The notes under the pieces are model-generated. The model made no database searches. It saw only the letters and a program-made list of their open reading frames with translations, and was not told where the DNA came from. Positions 24,273 to 35,580 of a stretch of 64,000 nt of DNA are shown here, piece by piece. The stretch comes from Mobula hypostoma (taxonomy: Eukaryota). The DNA is taken from NCBI RefSeq assembly GCF_963921235.1, contig NC_086108.1, positions 310,001 through 374,000 on the forward strand, given 5' to 3'. The position numbers and the translations under genes were made by a program. Positions within the stretch are counted from its first letter, which is position 1. Every line of letters starts with the position of its first letter.

Positions 24273-24689
24273 TGTCACACCCAATTTGTGTACCTGCTCA
24301 AGGCGAGTGAAGAGGACGGACGAGTGCGGGAGCGGTCGGCGGTTCCGGGACGGCGGATACCGGAATTCGACGGTTCGAAGGTTGTTGGAGTTTCGGAGGT
24401 CGTTACGTGGACGGATCGGGGAGGTGTGAGCTCCAACGACTTAATTTGGTGCACAAAACTGACAAATTTACTGAGTGGCACCTTTGTTTTTTTTGTGTCC
24501 ACTAACCACACCACCAAAAAGAGTTATAAAGTGTAACTTAACTGTACATTGTGTATTGTCTGATATTTTACAGTGTGGGCTTGTATCAGGGTGCATTACG
24601 TAGCGTCTACGCAAACGTGAGTACACAGTTTGGTAGGGCCTACGGCAGTTCCCCTAGATGGACGTGAGTTGATCGAGCCGAGCGTTACA
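24273..24689. mobile_element. Probable solo LTR
   Basis: TGTCAC...GTTACA termini, CpG-rich, in TA-rich flanks (tata/tatc, imperfect TSD). Confidence 0.5.
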
Positions 24690-25277
24690 TATCTATCTAG
24701 CTAGGGTGCCTGAGACTTTTGCACACAGCGCTGTATTTGTCAACATGGAGCGGAGAGCGAGCTTGTAAATCTGGCAGGAGCAAAGAATGTTGGGAATGGC
24801 GAGGGTGGAGCACCGCGGGAGGGGTGTGGGACAGGTGGCAGGGGAGGAGTGCCAGTGCACCTGTATAGCGTGGTTGCAGACACACCCAGCCCTGAGACAC
24901 CAGGCAAGGCCATTTGATTCCAAACAACTGGTTTATTGATCATTACAGATGTCTCTCTGGTGCTTCCCACTCACTGCCTCTCCCTTCCCCTATTCCCAAC
25001 CATGATTCCCCCTCTCCCAGTCCACAATAGAGACCCACATCAGAATCAGGTTGATCATCACTAACATACATAATGAAATTTGTATTTTTTTTGCAGCAGT
25101 ACAGTGTAATCCATAAAATCACTACAGCACTGTGCAAAAGTCTTTGGCACACTATTTCTATATATGGTTGTGTGTGTGTGTCTGTCCCTAAGAATTTGGC
25201 ACAGTACTGTACATACTTTGATAGAAAATTTTTCAAAGTTCCAAGTTGAAAGTAAACTTTCACTTTTCATCTTGCAG

Positions 25278-25545
25278 GTGGTAACAGTCCACAGTGGCAA
25301 TGATCTGCAGAAAAACCGCTTCAGCCGTTTCTAGGCGATTCAACGCCTCTACAGTGCACTGATGCCCCTGTCCACTTACGCTCCAGCCTCTTCCGTCTTG
25401 GACATGATACGACGCCGCTTAGATTTGAGAAGAAATCATTTTATAACTTACTAATCTACTGAGTGGAAATTTTAGTCCTTAACTTCCTACTTTTTGTAAA
25501 TGTATCTCTTTCCAAAACGTATTAAATATATTTAAAACTTGCATA
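25278..25545 (+). other. Candidate terminal (3'UTR) exon of the TTLL6-like gene
   Basis: Acceptor cttttcatcttgcAG ending at 25277; ATTAAA at 25521-25526 followed by T/GT-rich sequence. The 3' end is approximate. Confidence 0.35.
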
Positions 25546-25649
25546 CTACTGTAATGTTGCATCAGTTCTTTTGTCTCCCCAGTAGATAACGTGTTGATGA
25601 TATTTTACCTGTATGGTTGAGGGAGGGAGAGATAGCGGTGGGAACATTG

Positions 25650-27285
25650 ACACATAGAAACAAAGAAAATCTATAGCACAATACAGGCCCTTTGGCCCAC
25701 AAAGCTGTGCCGAACATGTCCCTACCTTAGAAATTACCTCGGGTTACCCATAGCCCTCTATTTTTCTAAGCTCCATGTTCCTACCCAGGAGTCTCTTAAG
25801 AGACCGTTTTGTTTCCGCCTCCACCACCACCGCCAGCAGCCCATTCCATGCACTCACCACTCTCTGCATGGAAAAACTTACCCCTGACATCTCCTCTGTA
25901 CCTACTTCCAAGCACCTTAAAACTATGCCCTCTCATGCTAGCCAGTTCAGCCCTGGGGAAAAGCCTCTGACTATGCACACAATCAATGCTTCTGATTATC
26001 TTGTACACCTCTATCAGCCACCTCTCATCCTCTGTCGCTCCAAGGAGATAGGGCTGAATTCACTCAATCTATTCTCACAAGGCATGCCCTCCAATCCAGG
26101 CAACCTCCTTGTAAATCTCCTCTGCACCCTTTCTACAGTTTCCACATCCTTCTATAGTGAGGTGACCAGAATTGAGTGCAGTACTCCAAGTGGGGTCTGA
26201 CCAGGGTCCTAAGGAGCTGCAACATTACCTCTCGGCTCTTAAATTCAATCCCACGATTGACGAAGGCCAATGCACTGTATGCCTTCTTAACCACAGAGTC
26301 AACCTGCGTAGCAGCTTTGAGTGTCCTATGGACTCAGACCCCAAGACCCCTCTGATCCTCCACACCACCAAGAGTCATCATTAATACTATATTCTGCCAA
26401 CATATTTGACCCACCAAAATGAACCACCTCACACTTATCTGGGTTGAACGCCATCTGCCGTTTCTCAGCCCAGTTTTGCATCCTATCAATGTCCCACTGT
26501 AACCTCTGACAGCCATCCACACTGTCCACAACACACCCAACCTTTGTGTCATCAGCAAATTTACTAACCCACCCCTCCACTTCCTCATCCAGGTCATTTA
26601 TAAAAATCACAAAGAGTAGGGGTCCCAGAACAGATCCCTGAGGCACACCACTGGTCGCCGGCCTTCATGCAGAATATGACCTGTCTACAACCAGTCTTTG
26701 CCTTCTGTGGGCAAGCCAGTTCTAGATCCACAAAGCAACGTCCCCTTGGATCCCATGTCTCCTTACTTTCTCAATAAGCCTTGCATGGGATATCTTATCA
26801 AATGGCTTGCTAAAATCCATGTACACTACATCTACTGCTCCACCTTCTTCAATGTGCTTAGTCACATCCTCAAAAAATTCAGTCAGTATGTAGGGCACGC
26901 CTGCCTTTGACAAAGCCGTGCTGACTATTTCTAATCATATTATGCCTCTCCAAATGTTCACAAATCCTGCCTCTCAGGATCTTCTCCATCAACTTACCAA
27001 CCACTGAAGTAAGACTCACTGACTTATAATTTCCTGGGCTATCTCTACTCCCTTTCTTGAATAAGGGAACAACATCCGCTACTCTCCAATCCTCCGGAGT
27101 CTCTCCTGTCCTCATTGATGATGCTTGCTTCCCACAGTAGCCTGGGGTACATCCCGTCTGGTCCCGGTGACTTATTCAACTTGATGCTTTCCTAAAGCTC
27201 CAGCACATCCTCTTCCTTAATATCTACATGCTCAAGCTTTTCAGTCCACTACAAGTCATCCCTACAATCACCAAGATCCTTTTCC
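25650..27285 (-). mobile_element. CR1 ORF2 3' portion, degenerate
   Basis: PEDWRVADVVPLFKKG, MDFSKPFD, PQGSVLGP and FADD on the minus strand; tail near 25655. Confidence 0.9.
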
Positions 27286-27544
27286 GCCAAGACTATATGG
27301 TCAGTAAAGAAACGAAAAAAAATCAAGGGCCCAATCTTATTAAACAAAATTGGAACTCACCGACAAGTCGATCGTTCAACTGCGACTTCCCCCGATCGTC
27401 GCTGCCCTTCGGACTCTCGTTCCACGTCCGGCGGTCTCCCAACATGTGTAAATGTAATCTAAGGGAGGGGGGTGTTGTCCCTGATGATGGAGACTGGTTC
27501 CCTGTCACATCGCTCTGTGTAGTTTTTTCTGGATATCCGTTCTG

Positions 27545-28598
27545 ACACGTGATGTCTGGCGCCGAGAGGAAAACTTCCAGGAGCTAACCTGGCAGGGGAG
27601 AGACGGTGATGAAGAGCTAAGATCAAGCGTTCTTTACCGGAACGCTCTGATCGCCGGTGGTCATTTCAGCACACAGAGAGCATTGGCAGGGGAGCGGCCT
27701 TGGGCTGACACGGGGTGGAGGGTGGAGGGCATTGGCTCCGAAATCTGGCCCTTTCCCCCTGTGCAGCGGCGATGGAGGGAAGGATGGCTGGAGAGACGAA
27801 CGCATCAGAGAAGAGGAAGGCCGGAGAGACCAGCGCTTCGATTCGTGGGGCTGGGGTCAAGAAGACGGTCAGACTGACCGTTCGAGATTTGAAAGAAGGC
27901 AACGGTTTCAGTAGGGAGACCTTCATTCGCAAGGTGCTACCGGATTGCCGTGGCTTCAAGGTGGACGGTCTTTACAGCGTCCAGGATTTCGCCGGTTACT
28001 ACGACGTCACCTTCGGGCATGCCCCAGGGTGGCAGAAGTTACGTGACTGCTTCAGTGAGAAGGGGAGCGAGGCGCCGCTGTCGCTACTAAAAGCGCAGCC
28101 CCTCTACGCCGACGTAACGCAGCAAGAGAGAACGGTTCTGCTACAAATGTTCAACCCCTATGTACCAGTCGTTGGCATCCTCACATTCCCAGCGCGATAT
28201 GTGGAGAGCGTGGGCAAGTGTGAGAACGCCAACGACAGTCTGGGAGTATGGACAAGTAAAAGGCAGGTCAGGGTGAAGCTGAGGGTGGACACCAGCGGCT
28301 GTGTCATCCATCCATCCTCAGTGTTCGCAATAGTAGGGAACCGGGGCTTCCTGGTTTATGCCGGGCACCCAAGGTGTGCCGGAACTGCGGTAAGGCGGGG
28401 CACATTGCAGCCCAGTGTAAGCCTGTGGTGTGCAGAAACTGCAAGGTGCAGGGACACGGAGGCCAAGTCCTGCCACCTCTGCGGGCAGGCGGAGCGCCTG
28501 TACAGGGCCTGACCGAAACGGGCGGGCTCCTACGCACAGGTGGCCGGGAGAGATGATAACATCGGAAAGGCCCGGGATGAGGAAGAGGCACAAAGATC
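27545..28598 (+). mobile_element. Tx1-like LINE 5' region with ORF1 (zinc knuckles, frameshifted); continues at 37236
   Basis: GVKKTVRLTV, MFNPYVP, GVWTSKRQV, GNRGFLVYAG, CRNCGKAGHIAAQC, SYAQVAG. Confidence 0.75.
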
Positions 28599-30224
28599 TT
28601 TCTTTCTTTTTAAATCTTTTTATTGAATTAGTACACAAAGAGTAAAACATATAGCAACCAATACATTGTTAGGATATAAATATAAAAGTAATATTAATAC
28701 AAAAGCAAACAATACAAACAACGTATGTTAATTATAGAATAACAGGGTAATATAATTGCATACTAATTTTTCATATATACCAATAGAACAAAAAATCCCA
28801 GAAAACCTACCTTGCAACTAACCTAACAAAGCAAAGCAACGGGCTAACTAGGTATATACTGGACTTTAAACAATTAAACAATCGCGTCCACAAACCCGAC
28901 AGATAAAATCCACGAAGGGAATGTATACATGGTCAGAGAGAAAAATATAGTTACATTAAATGAAAATATTGAATAAATGATCTCCAGGTCTGTTCAAATT
29001 TAACTGAAGTATCATAAAGATTACTTATGATTTTTTTTCCAAATTTAGACACAGTATCGTTTGAGAGAACCAAAAAAAACGTAGTTGGGGCATTAATCTC
29101 CTTCCAATGTTGTAGACTACATCTTTTCGCCATTAAAGTAAGAAATGCAATCATTGTACGCGCTGAGGGAGGTAAATTATTAGAAGTTTTGGGTAATCCA
29201 AAGATAGCAGTAATAGGATGGGGAGAAATATCACTATTCAGAACCATTGAGATAATATTAAAAATGTCTTTCCAAAAAGTTTCCAGAGTAGGACAAGACC
29301 AAAACATGTGGGTCAAGGAGGCTATCTCCCCATGACATCTATCGCAAAGAGGGTTAATATGAGGGTAATAACGAGCTGATTTATCTTTAGAGATATGTGC
29401 TCTATGGACAACTTTAAATTTAATTAAAGGGTGTTTGGAACAGATAGAGGAAGTATTAACAAGTTGTAAAATATAGGTCCAATCCTCAGCCGGGATAGTA
29501 AGACCCAATTCCCTTTCCCAGTCAGTCCTAATCTTGTCGAATGGAGCTTTCCTAAATTTCATGATAGTATTATAAATAGTAACCGTTACACCTTTCTGAA
29601 ACGGGTTAAGGTTGATGATAGCGTCTAAAATATTTATGGGAGGTGGGGGTAAGGCCGGAAAGGAAGAGAGTATGGCATTTAGAAAATTTCTAACTTGCAA
29701 ATATCGAAAAAAATGTGTTCTTGGTAAATTGTATTTATTAGATAACTGTTCAAAAGATATAAGGGAGCCATCTGAAAATGTCAGAAAACCGTGATATACC
29801 ATTAGTCTTCCAAATTTGAAAGGCACGGTCCGTAGAGGAGGGGAGAAAAATATATTGCCAATAATAGGAATCGCTAGCACAAATTGATTAAGGTCAAAAA
29901 ATTTTCGGAATTGAAGCCAGATACGTAAGGTATGTTTAACTATCGGGTTGCAAACCTGCTTATACCGTTTCAAATCGGAGGGAAGAGAAGATCCTAATAC
30001 AGAGCCAAGTGCATAGCCTTGAACAGAATGTAATTCCAATACTACCCATTTAAGAATGGATAATGTATCTTGGTCAAGTAACCAAAATTTCATGTGTCGA
30101 ATATTAATTGCCCAGTAATAAAATCTAAGGTTAGGTAATGCCAAGCCTTCATCTCTCTTAGCTTTCTGTAGATGTATTCTACCCAACCTCGGGTTTTTAT
30201 TTTGCCAAATAAATGAAGATTTTA

Positions 30225-31709
30225 TCTGTCCCCCACTTTTCCTTCACTACATCGACGACTGCATTGGCGCTGCTTCCTGCACGCATGCAGAACTCGTTGA
30301 CTTTATTAACTTTGCCTCCAACTTTCACCCTGCCCTCAAGTTTACCTGGTCCATTTCCGACACCTCCCTCCCCTTTCTAGATCTTTCTGTCTCTGTCTCT
30401 GGAGACAGCTTATCCACTGATGTCTACTATAAGCCTACTGACTCTCAAAGCTATCTGGACTATTCCTCTTCTCACCCTGTCTCTTGCAAAAACGCCATCC
30501 CCTTCTCGCAATTCCTCCGTCTCCACCGCATCTGCTCTCAGGATGAGGCTTTTCATTCTAGGACGAGGGAGATGTCTTCATTTTTTAAAGAAAGGGGCTT
30601 CCCTTCCTCCACTATCAACTCTGCTCTTAAACGCATCTCCCCCATTTCACGTACATCTGCTCTCACTCCATCCTCCCACCACCCCACTAGGAATAGGGTT
30701 CCCCTGGTCCTCACCTACCACCCCACCAGCCTCCGGGTCCAACATATTATTCTCCGTAACTTCCGCCACCTCCAACGGGATCCCACCACTAAGCACATCT
30801 TTCCCTCCCCCCCCCTCTGCATTCCGCAGGGATCGCTCCCTACACAACTCCCTTGTCCATTCGTCCCCCCCATCCCTCCCCACTGATCTCCCTCCTGGCA
30901 CTTATCCGTGTAAGCGGAACAAGTGCTATACATGCCCTTACACTTCCTCCCTTACCACCATTCAGGGCCCCAAACAGTCCTTCCAGGTGAGGCGTCACTT
31001 CACCTGTGGGTCGACTGGGATGATATACTGTGTCCGGTGCTCCCGATGTGGCCTTTTATATATTGGTGAGACCCGACGCAGACTGGGAGACCGCTTTGCT
31101 GAACATCTGCGCTCTGTCCGCCAGGGAGGGCGGGATCTCCCAGTGGCCACATGTTTTGGTTCCGCATCCCATTCCCATTCTGACATGTCTATCCACGGCC
31201 TCCTCTGCTGTGGGGATGAGACCACACTCGGGTTGGAGGAGCAGCACCTTGTATTCCGTCTGGGTAGCCTCCAATCTGATGGCATGAACATCGACTTCTC
31301 TAGCTTCTGCTAGGGCCCCACCTCCCCCTCGTACCCCATCTGTTACTCATTTTTATGCACACATTCTTTCTCTCACTCTCCTTTTTCTCCCTCTGTCCCT
31401 CTGAATATACCTCTTGCCCATCCTCTGGGTCACCCCCCCCCCCTGTCTTTCTTCCCGGACCTCCTGTCCCATGATCCTCTCGTATCCCCTTTTGCCTATC
31501 ACCTGTCCAGCTCTCGGCTCTATCCATCCCCCTCCTGTCTTCTCCTATCATTTTGGATCTCCCCCTCCCCATCCAGCTTTCAAATCCCTTACTCACTCTT
31601 CCTTCAGTTAGTCCTGACGAAGGGTCTCGGCCTGAAACGTCGACTGCGCCTCTTCCTATAGATGCTGCTTGGCCTGCTACGTTCACCAGCAACTTTGATG
31701 TATGTTGGT
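30225..31709 (+). mobile_element. Penelope-like element: RT C-terminus, GIY-YIG endonuclease and pLTR
   Basis: YIDD, LPFLD, FFKERGFP and IYCVRCSRCGLLYIGETRRRLGDRFAEH; imperfect TSD tgaaga(ga)tttta at 30214-30224 / 31710-31722. Confidence 0.9.
31609..31646 (+). ncRNA. Minimal type-I hammerhead ribozyme in a Penelope pLTR
   Basis: UAGUC-CUGACGA-aggguсucggccu-GAAA-CG-UC^-GACUG. Helix I is UAGUC/GACUG; palindromic ACGU replaces helix III. Confidence 0.7.
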
Positions 31710-32654
31710 TGAAGAGATTTTAGAGTCTACTTTATCAAAAAAGGATTTTGGAACAAAAATTGGTAATGCCTGAAATATACATAAACATTTTGGCAGAATA
31801 AACATCTTAACAGCATTAATGCGACCAGTCAAAGTTAAATAAAGTGGAGACCATTTAACGGAAAGTTGTGTGATATTGTCAATTGAGGGTAAATAATCAG
31901 CCTTAAATAAAGCCTTATGTTTACAGGTAATTTTAATCCCAAGATATGAAAAATGATTATTAACCAATCTAAACAGCAGGTTCTGATATAAGGGAACTTG
32001 CTTATTAATAGGGAAAAATTCACTCTTATTAAGATTTAATTTGTATCCTGAAAAAAGACTAAATTGGGCTAATAAATCTAGAGCTGCTGGGATAGATTTT
32101 TGAGGATTGGAAATATATCATCAGCATAAAGTGATACTTTATGAGACTTTAACCCACGAGTTATATCAATAATGTTAGGAGATTCTCGAATAGCAATTGC
32201 TAGTGGTTCTAATGCTATATCAGATACAAAGGGCTAAGAGGACACCCTTGTCTGGTACCTCGAAATAGAGGGGAAAAAGGTGAGTTTTCAGTATTATTAT
32301 GAACTGATGCCATAGCTGTGTACATACATCTATTGATGCTTCTGGACACATCCTCAGTGATGTTCCTGGAATCATCGGGAGTTTTGGGTCTTTCAACATC
32401 ATACAACCTCCTCCAGGTGACCCAGCCGGGGCTGATCAGACCCCAGCCTGTGTCCAGATGACTAGCTACTTATGACTCCATGGCTCCCCTCTTTTGAGCC
32501 ACAGCCATCCTGAGGCCCTCTCTGCCACATCGGTGGTACTGCGGATGGCTCTCCTCTTCCTCTTTTTTCCCCAACAATATCGCAGCCACCACCCTGCGAC
32601 CTGACATTGTCCTAGTGTCTGAGTCGACTAAGCAAGTGGTGCTGCTGGAGCTGC

Positions 32655-35580
32655 AGGGAACATAAAAACTAACTGTAAAAGCTTTTAAAGATATGTAAAA
32701 AGGAAAAGACTGGTAAAGACAAATGTAGGTCCCCTACAGACAGAAACAGGTGAATTGATTATGGGGAGTAAGGACATGGCAGACCAATTGAATAATTACT
32801 TTGGTTCTGTCTTCACTAAGGAGGACATAAATAATCTTCCAGAAATAGTAGGGAACAGAGGGTCCAGTGAGATGGAAGAACTGAGTGAAATACATGTTAG
32901 TAGGGAAGTGGTGTTAGGTAAATTGAAGGGATTGAAGGCAGATAAATCCCCAGGGCCAGATGGTCTGCATCCTAGAGTGCTTAAGGAAGTAGCCCAAGAA
33001 ATAGTGGATGCATTAGTGATAATTTTTCAAAACTCGTTAAATTCTGGACTAGTTCCTGAGGATTGGAGGGTGGCTAATGTAACCCCACTTTTTAAAAAAG
33101 GAGGGAGAGAGAAACCGGGGAATTATAGACCGGTTAGCCTAACGTCGGTGGTGGGGAAACTGCTGGAGTCAGTTATCAAAGATGTGATAACAGCACATTT
33201 GGAAAGCGGTTAAAACATTGGACAAAGTCAGCATGGATTTGTGAAAGGAAAATCATGTCTGACGAATCTCATAGAATTTTTTGAGGATGTAACTAGTAGA
33301 GTGGATAGGGGAGAACCAGTGGATGTGGTATATTTGGATTTTCAAAAGGCTTTTGACAAGGTCCCACACAGGAGATTAGTGTGCAAACTTAAAGCACACA
33401 GTATTGGGGGTAAGGTATTGATGTGGATGGAGAATTGGTTAGCAGACAGGAAGCAAAGAGTGGGAATAAACGGGACCTTTTCAGAATGGCAGGCGGTGAC
33501 TAGTGGGGTACCGCAAGGCTCAGTGCTGGGACCCCAGTTGTTTACAATATATATTAATGACTTGGATGAGGGAATTAAATGCAGCATCTCCAAGTTTGCG
33601 GATGACACGAAGCTGGGTGGCAGTGTTAGCTGTGAGGAGGATGCTAAGAGGATGCAGAGTGACTTGGATAGGTTGGGTGAGTGGGCAAATTCATGGCAGA
33701 TGCAATTTAATGTGGATAAGTGTGAAGTTATCCACTTTGGTGGCAGAAATAGGAAAACAGATTATTATCTGAATGGTGGCGGATTAGGAAAAGGGGAGGT
33801 GCAACGAGATCTGGGTGTCATTATACACCAGTCATTGAAAGTGGGCATGCAGGTACAGCAGGCGGTGAAAAAGGCGAATGGTATGCTGGCATTTATAGCG
33901 AGAGGATTCGAGTACAGGAGCAGGGAGGTACTACTGCAGTTGTACAAGGCCTTGGTGAGACCACACCTGGAGTATTGTGTGCAGTTTTGGTCCCCTAATC
34001 TGAGGAAAGACATCCTTGCCATAGAGGGAGTACAAAGAAGGTTCACCAGATTGATTCCTGGGATGGCAGGACTTTCATATGAAGAAAGACTGGATGAACT
34101 GAGCTTGTACTTGTTGGAATTTAGAAGATTGAGGGGCGATCTGATTGAAACGTATAAAATCCTAAAGGGATTGGGCAGGCTAGATGCAGGAAGATTGTTC
34201 CCGATGTTGGGGAAGTCCAGAACGAGGGGTCACAGTTTGAGGATAAAGGGGAAGCCTTTTAGAAACATAGAAACATAGAAACATAGAAAACAGGTGCAGG
34301 AGTAGGCCATTCGGCCCTTCGAGCCTGCACCGCCATTTATTATGATCATGGCTGATCATCCAACTGAGAACCCCGCCCCAGCCTTCCCTCCATACCCCCT
34401 GACCCCTGTAGCCACAAGGGCCATATCTAACTCCCTCTTAAACATAGCCAATGAACTGGCCTCAACAGTTTCCTGTGGCAGAGAATTCCACAGATTCACC
34501 ACTCTCTGTGTGAAGAAGTTTTTCCTAATCTTGGTCCTAAATGGCTTCCCCTCTATCCTCAAACTGTGACCCCTCGTTCTGGACTTCCCCAACATCGGGA
34601 ACAATCTTCCTGCATCTAGCCTGTCCAATCCCTTTAGGATCTTATACGTTTCAATCAGATCCCCCCTCAATCTTCTAAATTCCAACGAGTACAAGCCCAG
34701 TTCATCCAGTCTTTCTTCATATGAAAGTCCTGCCATCCCAGGAATCAATCTGGTGAACCTTCTTTGTACTCCCTCTATGACAAAGATGTCTTTCCTCAGA
34801 TTAGGGGACCAAAACTGCACACAATACTCCAGGTGTGGTCTCACCAAGGCCTTGTACAACTGCAGTAGTACCTCCCTGCTCCTGTACTCGAATCCTCTCA
34901 CTATAAATGCCAGCATACCATTCGCCTTTTTCACCGCCTGCTGTACCTGCATGCCCACTTTCAATGACTGGTGTATAATGATACCCAGGTCTTGTTGCAC
35001 CTCCCCTTTTCCTAATCGGCCACCATTCAGATAATAATCTGTTTTCCTATTTTTGCCACCAAAGTGGATAACTTCACATTTATCCACATTAAATTGCATC
35101 TGCCATGAGTTTGCCCACTCACCCAACCTATCCAAGTCACTCTGCATCCTCTTAGCATCCTCCTCACTGCTAACACTGCCACCCAGCTTCGTGTCATCCG
35201 CAAACTTGGAGATGCTGCATTTAATTCCCTCATCCAAGTCATTAATATATATTGTAAACAACTGGGGTCCCAGCACTGAGCCTTGCGGTACCCCACTAGT
35301 CACCGCAGGACCGAGATTAGGAAAAACTTCTTCACACAGAGAGTGGTGAATCTGTGGAATTCTCTGCCACAGGAAACAGTTGAGGCCAGTTCATTGGCTA
35401 TATTTAAGAGGGAGTTAGATATGGCCCTTGTGGCTACGGGGATCAGGGGGTATGGAGGGAAGGCTGGGGCGGGGTTCTGAGTTGGATGATCAGCCATGAT
35501 CATAATAAATGGCGGTGCAGGCTCGAAGGGCCGAATGGCCTACTTCTGCACCTATTTTCTATGTTTCTATGTTTCTATGT
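32655..35580 (+). mobile_element. CR1 (same young subfamily as 822-4554), split at 34262/35307 by an inverted copy
   Basis: Closely similar to 2680-4554; premature TAA at 33211-33213; resumes aggaccgag at 35307; TTCTATGT tail ends at about 35580. Confidence 0.92.
34263..35306 (-). mobile_element. 5'-truncated CR1 inserted in reverse orientation into the preceding CR1
   Basis: ORF 34356-35303 (GVPQGSVLGP, FADD); inverted tail (agaaacat)n at 34261-34290; candidate TSD AG. Confidence 0.92.
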
